Positions 25,760-34,819 of a DNA stretch of 64,000 nt are shown piece after piece (position 1 is the first letter of the stretch; the number at the start of each line of letters is the position of its first letter). Made by a program: the position numbers and the translations under genes. Under the pieces are notes generated by a model. That model saw only the letters and a list, made by a program, of their open reading frames with translations. It ran no database searches and was not told where the DNA came from. The stretch is from Thermodesulfobacteriota bacterium (lineage in GTDB: Bacteria > Desulfobacterota > Binatia > Bin18), in NCBI GenBank assembly GCA_964291405.2, contig OZ219926.1:4257958-4321957 (forward strand), in the 5' to 3' direction.

Positions 25760-27067
25760 CTACACGAATCGAAGTATCCGGTCTGCCCGGAGCAGTTTGG
25801 CCTGAATCGGAATCTGATGTGGACACGCGCTTTCGCACGGGGCACGACAGTCGATACACTGGGAAGCGTTCCGGGCGAGTGGAAGCTGGGCATATTCTTC
25901 CATACCCACCCGCTGCTGGCCGTAGTTTTCATAATACATGGTGTAGCGCAGGACATCATCGATCGGAACATCGGACGGACAGGAAGACAAGCACTCACCA
26001 CAGCCCGGCGGACAATAGTCGTTCGCAACAAGCCGGTCGTATTTTTCGAGCAATGTCAGGTCGGTCTGCTGAAACGGTTGCCCGGAGGCATGCAGGTATT
26101 CGTCGATGTGGTGGAAGGAGCCGATCGTGACCACCAGCCCGCTCACGTCAGGATTGGACAATACCCACTTAAAGGCGGCCTGGGAGAACGATTCCCGTTC
26201 GGTTGGGGTAAAATCCGACAACGCGCTATGGCGTGCCCCCTTGAGGGTCTTCATGGCCACCACGCCGACCCCCTTCCGCTTGGCATCGTGGAAAATATTT
26301 GTCAGCTCGGGCCAGTTGCGAAAATTATAGGCGACCATGATGACATCAAAACGGTCGCTGTCCACCGCGTGGCGCATGACCGATTCGAGCCGCGGGGTAT
26401 GGGACGAGACGCCGAGAAAACGGAGTTTCCCCTGCTCTTTGAGGCGGTCAAAGGCTTCGTGGATATTCGGGTTCATGAGCCGCTCGATGGAATTGCAGGC
26501 ATGAATATGGGCCAGATCAAGATAGTCGGTGCCGATTCTCTGTAGACTGGCTTCAACCGCAGCCATGACATCTTTGACCGGGGTCGTATCGCTCAAATGG
26601 CCCCGTGTCGTGCAAAACTTGGAGACGATAAAGAGTTTGTCGCGCTGATAGCCTTGAATGCCTTGGCCTAATGTTTTTTCCGACCCGGCCCGCGAATAAT
26701 CCGGAGACGTATCAAAATAATTGATACCCCGGTCAATGGCCCGCCGCACGACATCCGCGTTGTCGAGCCCTGAGCAGCCGAACGAGATATCTGACATTTC
26801 CATTCCCGTCCTGCCCAATGGCCGATAGCTGCGAATGCGAGCCTGCTGCCAGTCCGGGCTTTTTTCCTCTGCTTCGGTTTCAGGCTGACTCAACAGAAAC
26901 AGTTGGGTTTTATATTCACAGCCGGCTGCTAGAGCCGCACCGCCGCCGACCGCGCCCAGCGCGGCATTTCTTAGAAACGTGCGCCGACTTGTCGGCGTTC
27001 TGACCTGCTCATCTTTCTGCTCATCCGGCTGGGGAGAGGCATGAGCCTGGGGCTGTTGCTTGCGCAT
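25760..27067 (-). CDS. Tat-signal aldo/keto reductase with C-terminal Cys-rich (4Fe-4S-like) extension
   Basis: Twin-arginine motif [27 protein letters not shown] core ([12 protein letters not shown]...). C-terminal [13 protein letters not shown] and [13 protein letters not shown]. Confidence 0.8.
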   Translation of the reverse strand: MRKQQPQAHASPQPDEQKDEQVRTPTSRRTFLRNAALGAVGGGAALAAGCEYKTQLFLLSQPETEAEEKSPDWQQARIRSYRPLGRTGMEMSDISFGCSGLDNADVVRRAIDRGINYFDTSPDYSRAGSEKTLGQGIQGYQRDKLFIVSKFCTTRGHLSDTTPVKDVMAAVEASLQRIGTDYLDLAHIHACNSIERLMNPNIHEAFDRLKEQGKLRFLGVSSHTPRLESVMRHAVDSDRFDVIMVAYNFRNWPELTNIFHDAKRKGVGVVAMKTLKGARHSALSDFTPTERESFSQAAFKWVLSNPDVSGLVVTIGSFHHIDEYLHASGQPFQQTDLTLLEKYDRLVANDYCPPGCGECLSSCPSDVPIDDVLRYTMYYENYGQQRVGMEEYAQLPLARNASQCIDCRAPCESACPHQIPIQAKLLRADRILRFV

Positions 27068-27147
27068 GGCTGACGGTCTCCTTTTTTCGTGTGGTTATGG
27101 ACAGGCGTCGCAGGATCGCCTGGACCCGGACAAAAGCACACCCGGAT

Positions 27148-27726
27148 TCAGGCCAGCTCCACCCGATGAATCGTTCCTTCTCTCGTCTGGGTATCAAATA
27201 GCGCATAAGCTCCCCGCCGGTCCCGGTCTCGTGGCTGCGAACACGAGCCCGGGTTAATGACCACCACGTCGCCCGCCTGGTGGACCAACGGAACATGGGT
27301 GTGCCCAAAGCAGACCATATCATAGGGCAGGGTGGCGAACTCGTCCAAGCGCTTGCTGCCCGGATAAATATATTCCTCATAGGGTTCCCACGGACTGGCG
27401 TGGATCATGAGAATTTGCAGGCCGTCGCACGCAAACTCCTGGCTGAGTGGGGCGTTTGCCAGAAAGGCGAGCGATGCTGCCGGAAATTTCTCCTGACATT
27501 TTTTCAGGTAGGCGGGGTTACGGCCACCAAAAAGAACAACCTCGTGATTGCCCTGAATGCAGTGCACGCCCGCCGCTTGCAGAAGAGAGACCGTGTCCGG
27601 GCAGAAACGGTATTCACTCACCGCATCTCCGGGACATAATAATAAGTCAGTCGCAGGCATGTCGTTGAGCACGCGTTGGAGGGCCGGTGCGTCGGCGTGG
27701 ATATCGGAAACAATGCCAATTTTCAT
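27148..27726 (-). CDS. YfcE/MJ0936-type metallophosphoesterase
   Basis: MKIGIVSDIHAD, PGDAV, QGNHE and FGHTHVP; 192 aa. Confidence 0.8.
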   Translation of the reverse strand: MKIGIVSDIHADAPALQRVLNDMPATDLLLCPGDAVSEYRFCPDTVSLLQAAGVHCIQGNHEVVLFGGRNPAYLKKCQEKFPAASLAFLANAPLSQEFACDGLQILMIHASPWEPYEEYIYPGSKRLDEFATLPYDMVCFGHTHVPLVHQAGDVVVINPGSCSQPRDRDRRGAYALFDTQTREGTIHRVELA

Positions 27727-27751
27727 ATTGCAGTCTGTTGGGTCGTTGAGT

Positions 27752-27870
27752 CACAAGGAACCCACCCCGGCCTTCGGCCACCCCTCCCAAGAGGGGATGT
27801 GTTCCGCTCCCCTCCCTGGAGGGGTGCCGCGTAGCGGCGGGGTGGGTTGGCCCCTATGAGATACTATTTC
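27752..27870. mobile_element. MITE-like palindromic element (family 1, full copy) flanked by direct repeats
   Basis: Terminal inverted repeats are AACCCACCCCG (27759-27769) / CGGGGTGGGTT (27838-27848). Internal hairpins are CCCCTC-CCAA-GAGGGG and CTCCCCTCC-CTGGAGGGG. Flanking direct repeats are GCAGTCT(gttgggt)CGTTGAGTCA at 27730-27753 and GCAGTCTCGTTGAGTCA at 27871-27887. It shares a 25-mer with 6479-6503. Confidence 0.65.
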
Positions 27871-27940
27871 GCAGTCTCGTTGAGTCAATGTGTATTGTGT
27901 GCTCGGCGCTCATGCAAGAGGGACGATAGAATACTGTCCG

Positions 27941-28483
27941 CTATTCGACGCTTTGTTCAACAAGGTGCTCACCGGCCAGCAGCAGTCCGTCGAGTGTCAC
28001 GTCCAGACCACACGTCTGTGCCAGGACCGTCAGCAGGAGGTCGCTGACAACCCGTTCTTCCCCCTGTCGGTCTCGTGCACCCTTGGTCAGCGTGCACGAG
28101 TAGACACGGGTTTCCGCTGCGCTACTGGCACCGATGTGCGCGCGATGTGCTCCCTTTTTGAGGCGGTCCGTCGCCAGCGTAGCGGTACAGGAGACACCAA
28201 CTAGAGGGTCCTCCGCAGCGTGCAGGACAACCGCCCGTTTATAGGCCGCCCGTGCCAGGGCCGCCGCGGTTTCCACGCTCACGGCCTGGTGTGGGCTGGC
28301 TCCCATAAATTCGACGAGCGCCGCTTCACTATAGGGAACGGCCACTTCAAGTACGGTCCGTGAGGCACCCGGAACAGCCAGCAAATCCGCGATTGCCTGA
28401 ATTCCACCACCCGTCACCACAAGCATGGCCCTGAGAGAGCTAGCATGAATCTGGGCGATGCTTCTGGTGCGGACAGATGCCAT
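27941..28483 (-). CDS. CinA C-terminal (PncC)-like domain protein, divergent
   Basis: The pattern VVTGGGIQAIADLLAVPGASRTVLEVAVPYSEAALVEFMG...AVSVETAAALARAAY resembles the ESCTGG...VPGSS...Y-S-x-x-K...VSxExA layout of CinA/PncC, but the nucleophile context differs. Confidence 0.45.
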   Translation of the reverse strand: MASVRTRSIAQIHASSLRAMLVVTGGGIQAIADLLAVPGASRTVLEVAVPYSEAALVEFMGASPHQAVSVETAAALARAAYKRAVVLHAAEDPLVGVSCTATLATDRLKKGAHRAHIGASSAAETRVYSCTLTKGARDRQGEERVVSDLLLTVLAQTCGLDVTLDGLLLAGEHLVEQSVE

Positions 28484-28485
28484 GC

Positions 28486-29352
28486 CTAGGCTTCTATTAT
28501 GGCCCGCGCCTCGTCCGGCGTCGCCACCTCGTGTCCCATAGCGGTAATAGTTGCCACGGCGCGCTCGACGAGTTGTGGGTTTGTTGGCTGCCCTTCTTGC
28601 GCATAATGGTGGTCTTCCAGACCCAGCCGGACATGGCCACCCAGGCTGACGATCTGCGGGATAAACGGGAGATTATCTCCGCCGAGCGTGGCCGCAAACC
28701 AATTGCAGCGCACGCCGTGGAGCATGTCCAAATAGGCTTCCAGGCTCTTGAGGGAAGGGGGCAGGCCAAACGGTAGCTCCGGTCCGCCAAAATAAAACTT
28801 GAGCAACAAGGGCTCGGTCAGCAAGCCCTGGTCAAGAAAGACCAGCACCGCCCGCAGAAAGCTGGGATCAAAAATCTGGAGGGTGGGTCTCACCCCACAC
28901 TCCCGCGACTGTTCCAGAAAATACCGATTGGCATCATGCGAATTCTGATAGATGAAATTTCCACCCGAGAGCGTTTTGGTGCGCGCGTCATACGAAACCA
29001 GGTTGACTGAGCCGGGGTCAGCCCAGCCCAGGTCCGGTTTTGTGGCCGGGTCTTTGGCGAGTTCCAGAAAATGGGCAAACCGTTCAACCGGGTCGTCGCC
29101 GAACGGAAACGTGGGCCAGAGAATGGGATTGCACTGTTCGCGCGTCCGCCGGAACACCTCGCTATAATACCCGACGTCCTGCACCCATTCGCCCGTGTCC
29201 GGCTCCCTGACATGAAAATGAACCGCCGCCGCCCCGGCCTGACAGGTCGCGATGGCATCGTTGGCGATATCTTCCGGACTGTAGGCAATATGGGGATTCC
29301 GGGCTTTATCGGAATTGCCGTTAATGGCTGCCTCAATCATGATCTTGGCCAT
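28486..29352 (-). CDS. BKACE (3-keto-5-aminohexanoate cleavage enzyme, DUF849) family protein
   Basis: MIEAAINGNSDKARNPHIAYSPEDIANDAIATCQAGAAAVHFHVREPDTG and GGHVRLGLEDH match the DUF849 pattern. Strong AAAGGAGG RBS. Confidence 0.8.
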   Translation of the reverse strand: MAKIMIEAAINGNSDKARNPHIAYSPEDIANDAIATCQAGAAAVHFHVREPDTGEWVQDVGYYSEVFRRTREQCNPILWPTFPFGDDPVERFAHFLELAKDPATKPDLGWADPGSVNLVSYDARTKTLSGGNFIYQNSHDANRYFLEQSRECGVRPTLQIFDPSFLRAVLVFLDQGLLTEPLLLKFYFGGPELPFGLPPSLKSLEAYLDMLHGVRCNWFAATLGGDNLPFIPQIVSLGGHVRLGLEDHHYAQEGQPTNPQLVERAVATITAMGHEVATPDEARAIIEA

Positions 29353-29376
29353 AGTTCCTCCTTTGGATCGTCTAAT

Positions 29377-30159
29377 TCACACCTGATGGTCTGAGAGCCG
29401 CACCCGTACCCCACGCTCGTCCAGGAAACGCTTGCACTCCTGAATGGAATGCTCTTGGTAATGGAAGATCGAGGCAGCCAGCGCGGCGTCAGCCTTACCG
29501 GCGGTGAGACCCTCATAAATATGCTGCAAATTCCCAACGCCGCCCGAAGCAATGACCGGAATCGTCACCGCTTCTGCGATCGCGCAGGTGAGCTCGATGT
29601 CATAGCCAGCTTTAGTGCCGTCCCGGTCCATACTGGTCAACAGGAGTTCGCCCGAGCCATACGCTTCCATGCGTTGCGCCCATTCGACGGCGTCAATGCC
29701 GGTCGGAGTGCGGCCGCCATGAATAAAGACCTCCCAACCGGACGGCTCGGAGGTCGCCCTCCGTTTGGCATCAATCGCCACTACGATGCACTGGCTCCCA
29801 AAGCGTTCGGCCGCTTCTTTGACAAACTCGGGCCGATTGACTGCCGCGGTGTTGATGGAGACCTTATCTGCACCGGCATTAAGCAGGTTGCGAATATCCT
29901 GGTTCTCCCGCACCCCGCCGCCAACGGTCAGCGGCATGAAAACGGTTTCCGCCGTTTTTCGGACCACATCGAGAATAATCCGCCGCCGCTCGTGCGAGGC
30001 CGTAATATCGAGAAAAGTCAGCTCGTCCGCCCCCTCTGCGTCATACCGCTGCGCGACTGCAACCGGGTCTCCGGCATCGCGCAGATCGACAAAATTCACC
30101 CCCTTCACCACGCGGCCTTCTTTCACATCCAGGCACGGAATAATGCGTTTGCTCAGCAT
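29377..30159 (-). CDS. hisF: imidazole glycerol phosphate synthase, cyclase subunit
   Basis: [44 protein letters not shown] and [16 protein letters not shown]. Start is at the internal ATG 30159. Confidence 0.93.
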   Translation of the reverse strand: MLSKRIIPCLDVKEGRVVKGVNFVDLRDAGDPVAVAQRYDAEGADELTFLDITASHERRRIILDVVRKTAETVFMPLTVGGGVRENQDIRNLLNAGADKVSINTAAVNRPEFVKEAAERFGSQCIVVAIDAKRRATSEPSGWEVFIHGGRTPTGIDAVEWAQRMEAYGSGELLLTSMDRDGTKAGYDIELTCAIAEAVTIPVIASGGVGNLQHIYEGLTAGKADAALAASIFHYQEHSIQECKRFLDERGVRVRLSDHQV

Positions 30160-30217
30160 GCGCGCAGTGTCAGGCGTTTCCGGAAACCTGTCAAGAGAGG
30201 CGTAGCGCTCAACCGGT

Positions 30218-31186
30218 TCAACCCTGGACTGATGGTACGGAGGAGACCGGGGAAGCGGCGAGGTCTGGCTGCGCTGACGCGGACGGCGCTGCGGTGTGGG
30301 CCGGCGCTTCTCCGGCAATGCTGTCTTCGGCCCAGATGATATTCCGATAGTCGAGCCGCTGCGAATCGATGATGTTGAATTTAATCGCGTGGAAATAGGG
30401 CGACAGGTCGAAATCGCGCGGGGTAATCAGGGTGGGATGTCGCCGCCGAAAGACGGGTCGCCCACGCGTGTCCTGTTCCTTGGCAAAGAGGCGGCGGTAA
30501 AAGGGTGGATGTGTCTCCTGAGAGTCGGGGGTGGACTCGACGTGGGGCAGAATGGGAAAGCGGGCTTTACCAAAGGCCGAGGCAATCATGCTGGAACAGA
30601 TGACCTGGGTTGGCAGCCCACTCCCAAAAGAGAGCGCCCGCCGCCGGAACCGGCGCGGAACCAGACTGACCGGCAGGAAATAGCGTCCCAGGTCAAGGAT
30701 ATTCTGGAGATCATACGTATAGCCGAGCTGACTGATCACATCGTCCAAAATAACCTGGCAGTCCTGAGGCTGGAGGTTGTACGGGCGACACAGGCGGATG
30801 TTGTACTCGACGTATTTCGACAGGGTGGACAGCACGACCCCTTCCTCAACCAGCGCTTCCACCAACAGGAACTGGGCGTCGTCGCCAAAAGCGGTCCGGG
30901 CCTGCTCTGCCAGCGGATGGTTGCCGCGAATCAGCTCATCGCCAATGTAGATGGCCGAGTGCGACCAGGAACTCTGGGTGAGATATTTAACGACCTCGCT
31001 AATGCGCTGAGAACCCTCCACCAGCAGGACATCCCCTTTGCGTATCTGGCTCTTGAGCGCATCCAGATTGTTCGGAAAACGAATCGCATAGTTATTGAGG
31101 GGTGTGGTGAGCAGGGCGACGAACTGCTTGATAATCGCCTGGCGGAGGCGCCGAAGTGGGTGAAATGTGGGTATCGCTTGTGCCAT
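30218..31186 (-). CDS. YiiX/DUF830-like permuted papain-fold hydrolase (tentative) with Ala/Pro/Ser-rich tail
   Basis: [33 protein letters not shown] and [12 protein letters not shown] resemble the His...Cys order of permuted NlpC/P60-like enzymes. Start is at the internal ATG 31186. Confidence 0.45.
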   Translation of the reverse strand: MAQAIPTFHPLRRLRQAIIKQFVALLTTPLNNYAIRFPNNLDALKSQIRKGDVLLVEGSQRISEVVKYLTQSSWSHSAIYIGDELIRGNHPLAEQARTAFGDDAQFLLVEALVEEGVVLSTLSKYVEYNIRLCRPYNLQPQDCQVILDDVISQLGYTYDLQNILDLGRYFLPVSLVPRRFRRRALSFGSGLPTQVICSSMIASAFGKARFPILPHVESTPDSQETHPPFYRRLFAKEQDTRGRPVFRRRHPTLITPRDFDLSPYFHAIKFNIIDSQRLDYRNIIWAEDSIAGEAPAHTAAPSASAQPDLAASPVSSVPSVQG

Positions 31187-31315
31187 TCCCTGCGTTCCCT
31201 CTCCATATTGTAGAGGAAGCGAGCCGGAGACGACAAGGGAACGTGTCGATGCCCGACACTTTAATTGTATGCTAGGATGACGTGGTGTGAAAACGCCCAG
31301 ACGGAGCATGGTCTT

Positions 31316-31759
31316 ATGGCAGCCCAGACAACGTATCCGCGACAAGTCAAAGAGGTGATGACCCGAGACGTGGTTGCGCTCAGGCCGCAGCAACCGTTTG
31401 CGCAGGCATTAGCGCTCCTGGCCCAGTATCGATTCCGGCATTTGCTGGTGACGGATGACAATGCCCGTTTGGCCGGAGTGATCTCTGACCGTGATCTGCT
31501 CCGCTGCATGAGCCGGGAGGCCGACCTTGAACGGGTCACGGTCGCCGACATTATGGGGTCTGCCGTGGTGACCGTGCAACCGGACACCACGCTGTCCGAA
31601 GCCGCCGCCCAGATGCTGAGCCGTCGTATTAACTGTCTGCCGGTGGTCGAGAACGACCGGGTCTGCGGTATTCTGACTTCGACCGACCTGCTCCAGGCCT
31701 TTCACAACCTCCAAACGCATATTGAACAGGGATCTGTCCCGGACGCGCCACAGGAATGA
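31316..31759 (+). CDS. CBS-pair domain protein
   Basis: VKEVMTRDVVALRPQQPFAQALALLAQYRFRHLLVTDD...LAGVISDRDLL and VADIMGSAVVTVQPDTTLSEAAAQMLSRRINCLPVVEN...GILTSTDLL form two CBS motifs. Confidence 0.85.
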   Translation: MAAQTTYPRQVKEVMTRDVVALRPQQPFAQALALLAQYRFRHLLVTDDNARLAGVISDRDLLRCMSREADLERVTVADIMGSAVVTVQPDTTLSEAAAQMLSRRINCLPVVENDRVCGILTSTDLLQAFHNLQTHIEQGSVPDAPQE

Positions 31760-31786
31760 TCGCACGGGCCGTCCCGGGACAGCGTC

Positions 31787-32518
31787 TTATCCCTGGGCGG
31801 TGCCCAGCCGAATCGCTTCTCCCAACTGCACCCCTCCGGTGTAAAGCGCCCGCCCGATAATCACCCCCATGACCCCAAACGGTTCAAGGGGCAGAAGACG
31901 CTGAATATCGGCGGTACTCGCCACCCCTCCCGAGGCAATGACCGGGACGGAGACTGCCTGGGCCAGGGCGCCTGTGGCCTCATGATTCACGCCCTGCTGG
32001 GTCCCGTCGCGGCTGATATCCGTATAGACGATCTCATTCACCCCCTGGTTCTGACAGCGGAGCGCCAAGTCCGTGGCATCCAGGTCAGTCGTTTCTGTCC
32101 AGCCTTGCACGGCAACCCGACCGGCTCGGGCGTCAATGCCGACTGTAATGCGACCGGGGAAACGGGCGCAGGCTTCCGCCACAAGAGCCGGCTGACGATG
32201 AGCCACCGTCCCCAGAATCGCGCGACTGACACCGAGCGAGAGAAGGCGCTCGAGCGTGGCGAGGCTGCGGATACCGCCCCCGACCTGAACCGGAATGCTC
32301 AGGGCCTGACAGATACGCTCAATCGCAGCGGTATTGACTGTAGTGCCGCTAACCGCCGCATCAAGGTCGACCACGTGTAGCCGCTGGGCTCCCTCCCGTT
32401 GCCAGCGCAGCGCGGTTTCGACCGGGTCGTCCGAGTAGACCGTGGCTTGGTCCATATCCCCCTGATAGAGGCGGACACACTGCCCGGCCTTCAGATCAAT
32501 AGCCGGAATAATCAGCAT
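31787..32518 (-). CDS. hisA: ProFAR isomerase
   Basis: MLIIPAIDLKAGQCVRLYQGDMDQATVYSDDPVETALRW, LHVVDLDAA and VIASGGVAS. Start is at ATG 32518 and overlaps the hisH end by 7 nt. Confidence 0.92.
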   Translation of the reverse strand: MLIIPAIDLKAGQCVRLYQGDMDQATVYSDDPVETALRWQREGAQRLHVVDLDAAVSGTTVNTAAIERICQALSIPVQVGGGIRSLATLERLLSLGVSRAILGTVAHRQPALVAEACARFPGRITVGIDARAGRVAVQGWTETTDLDATDLALRCQNQGVNEIVYTDISRDGTQQGVNHEATGALAQAVSVPVIASGGVASTADIQRLLPLEPFGVMGVIIGRALYTGGVQLGEAIRLGTAQG

Positions 32519-33183
32519 GACGACACTGAGCCAGCCGCAGCACGGGACAGGCTGCCTGGACGATGCTCGCGAACGAGTTGGCCGAAATTGGCCAGAATTC
32601 TCAGACCAATCGTCTGGCTTTTTTCCGGATGAAACTGCGTGGCAAAGATATTCCCCGACCACACGCTGGAGGCAAACGGTCGTCCATACTCCGTGGTCGT
32701 GGCAATAATCGCGGGGTCATCCGGGACCGGATAGTACGAATGCACGAAATACACGCTCGCGCCCTCGGCGACGCCGTTGAGATGGGGAGGGCGGTGTGTG
32801 ATGCTGAGCTGATTCCAGCCCATGTGTGGAATTTTTTGTCCAGCCAGGGTGGTCGGATCAAACCGCACGATCTTGCCTTTCAGAATATCCAGCCCGCGGA
32901 CCCGGCCAAACTCGACACTCTCCGAAAATAAAATCTGCATGCCCACACAGATGCCGAGAAACGGCGTGCCTTGCTCAACCACCCGGTGGACGGTATCGAC
33001 CAGGCCACATTCGGCCAGGCCGTCCATGCATGCTCCAAACGCGCCCACTCCCGGCAGGACAACGCCGCTGGCGGCCTCAATCTGGGTAGCATCTCGGGTG
33101 ACGCTTGCCGCATGGCCCATCTTTTCAAAGCCTTTTTGGACGCTCCGCAGATTGCCCATACCGTAATCAATAATCGCGATCAT
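32512..33183 (-). CDS. hisH: imidazole glycerol phosphate synthase, glutamine amidotransferase subunit
   Basis: MIAIIDYGMGNLRSVQKGFEKMG, LPGVGAFG, GICVGMQIL (catalytic Cys) and QFHPEKS. Confidence 0.93.
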   Translation of the reverse strand: MIAIIDYGMGNLRSVQKGFEKMGHAASVTRDATQIEAASGVVLPGVGAFGACMDGLAECGLVDTVHRVVEQGTPFLGICVGMQILFSESVEFGRVRGLDILKGKIVRFDPTTLAGQKIPHMGWNQLSITHRPPHLNGVAEGASVYFVHSYYPVPDDPAIIATTTEYGRPFASSVWSGNIFATQFHPEKSQTIGLRILANFGQLVREHRPGSLSRAAAGSVSSC

Positions 33184-33336
33184 AGTGGACGGCCATTATT
33201 CCCGCCGGACTAGCGGGAATCAAGGGACTACGGGGCACCTGTTCGCCGCCCGTGCCCCCTGAAAAAACATAAAAAAGTGCATTTTGTCGCAGAAGATACG
33301 GAAGATGCCCAGGCTCGAACCTTCTTGATTTATTCA

Positions 33337-33374
33337 AACATTCTTATATAAGATAGTTATTATATAAGAATGTT
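33337..33374. promoter_or_regulatory. 15-8-15 perfect inverted repeat upstream of the ArsR-rhodanese gene (candidate ArsR/SmtB operator)
   Basis: AACATTCTTATATAA (33337-33351) - gatagtta - TTATATAAGAATGTT (33360-33374), about 85 bp upstream of ATG 33460. Confidence 0.6.
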
Positions 33375-33459
33375 GGGGGGGACCAAGTCTTGAAAGCGAT
33401 GTCCCCCATTTTTCTCAGGCTTCCCCGAAGAAGTGTAGGGAGAAAGCAATGAGGCCATA

Positions 33460-34137
33460 ATGGAAGAAACCAACAAACAGCTCTCAGAGGCCATCTTCGA
33501 ACAGATTGCACGGATCGGAAAAGCTGTCTCGAATCCTAAACGGTTGGAGATCTTGGAACTCCTCAGCCAGGCCCCACGGACGGTCGAAGCGTTGGCTCAA
33601 GCAGCACATCTGAGCCAAGCGAATACCTCACAGCATCTTCAGGTCTTGCGGAATTCGCGGCTGGTCGAAGCGAAACGCGACGGGACCTCGGTCTGGTATC
33701 GCCTCACCGATGAAACGGTTGCCGATTTTTTCCGGACATTACGGGTCTTGGCCGTCACGCATCTGGCGGAACTCGATCGTATCGTCAGTCAATATTTTAC
33801 CGGGCAAGCCAACTTAGAACCGGTCGATCAAAAAACCCTGCTCCAGCGTGTCCGCAAGGGCGAGGTGACCGTCGTTGATGTTCGCCCCCAGGAAGAGTAC
33901 CAGGCGGGACATATTCCTGGGGCAATCTCCGTCCCTCTCGAGGAACTCGAAGACCGCCTCGCTGAGCTGCCGCAGGACCGAGAGGTCGTTGCCTACTGTC
34001 GTGGCCCGTATTGTGTCTGGTCAGGTCAGGCCGTGCAGGTCTTACAGAATCATGGGTTTCAGGCCAGACATCTGCCCGATGGCGTGTTGGATTGGCGGGC
34101 ACGCGGGTTTCGTGTTTCAGCCGGAGACAAACCGTAG
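33460..34137 (+). CDS. ArsR/SmtB-family HTH regulator fused to a rhodanese domain
   Basis: IARIGKAVSNPKRLEILELLSQAPRTVEALAQAAHLSQANTSQHLQVLRNSRLVEAKRDG is the ArsR wHTH. VVDVRPQEEYQAGHIPGAISVP...VVAYCRGPYC is a rhodanese with active-site Cys. Confidence 0.85.
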   Translation: MEETNKQLSEAIFEQIARIGKAVSNPKRLEILELLSQAPRTVEALAQAAHLSQANTSQHLQVLRNSRLVEAKRDGTSVWYRLTDETVADFFRTLRVLAVTHLAELDRIVSQYFTGQANLEPVDQKTLLQRVRKGEVTVVDVRPQEEYQAGHIPGAISVPLEELEDRLAELPQDREVVAYCRGPYCVWSGQAVQVLQNHGFQARHLPDGVLDWRARGFRVSAGDKP

Positions 34138-34157
34138 GCAGAAAGAGAATAGTGCAG

Positions 34158-34787
34158 ATGAAGATGCGCAACTGTGGACGGGTCTCCCTTCTCCTCACGT
34201 TGTTCCTCATCGTCCCGCAGCAAGCAGCGGCGACCACTGCCCTCTATTCACTGAGTTATGGGGCGCGCTCTGCAGGCATGGCCGGCGCGACATCAGCCTC
34301 TGGCGGCGACGCGCTCAACCAATTCCTCAATCCAGCCAATCTTTCATTTCTCCCCAAGCGGCTTGTTGAGCTCGGCTTTTCCTGGATTGGCTGGGGCACA
34401 GAAGATCCTTTTCAGACGTTCCAGGTCAAGTTGGATACTCCCCCAGACGGCTTCCCGAGCACGTTAGCAGCTCCTATTCAGTGGGATGATCAGTATATCT
34501 ACCGGATCGGTACAGAATACGAACTCACGTCGGACCTGACGCTACGTGCTGGATATAGCTACGCCTCGAATCCGGTCAGCGCACCAGGCGCCTTTCTCAC
34601 GCTCCCAGCCTATGGATTTCAAACGCTCGCTGTGGGAATGACCTGGGAAATGACGGAAAACTGGGACATCTCGCTGGCATTCGAACGGGCCTTTCCCATC
34701 TCTGTGAAAACACGCGCCGGCACTATCGATGTTTTCTATGCCAACTCTCAAGAGGATCACAATCAGTATTCCGCTCAACTTGGTTAG
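34158..34787 (+). CDS. FadL/OmpP1-like outer-membrane protein, about half normal length (possible internal deletion)
   Basis: Signal peptide MKMRNCGRVSLLLTLFLIVPQQAAA. An N-terminal family motif YGARSAGMAGATSASGGDALNQFLNPANL joins after about 25 aa to C-terminal-type strands (LTLRAGYSYASNP..., FQTLAVGMTWEM). It is 209 aa, whereas the family is typically about 400 aa. Confidence 0.5.
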   Translation: MKMRNCGRVSLLLTLFLIVPQQAAATTALYSLSYGARSAGMAGATSASGGDALNQFLNPANLSFLPKRLVELGFSWIGWGTEDPFQTFQVKLDTPPDGFPSTLAAPIQWDDQYIYRIGTEYELTSDLTLRAGYSYASNPVSAPGAFLTLPAYGFQTLAVGMTWEMTENWDISLAFERAFPISVKTRAGTIDVFYANSQEDHNQYSAQLG

Positions 34788-34819
34788 TCTTTTTAGCGCT
34801 CTGGGGAAGGAGATTTTCA

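Noticed and set aside
33198-33258. Two GC-rich hairpins (ATTCCCGC-N7-GCGGGAAT; GGGGCAC-N13-GTGCCCC) upstream of hisH, considered as terminators or attenuators
   Set aside because: Neither is followed by a T-tract in the direction of any incoming transcript. On the plus strand an A-run follows, and on the minus strand the T-run precedes the stem. The function is undetermined, so they are not called.
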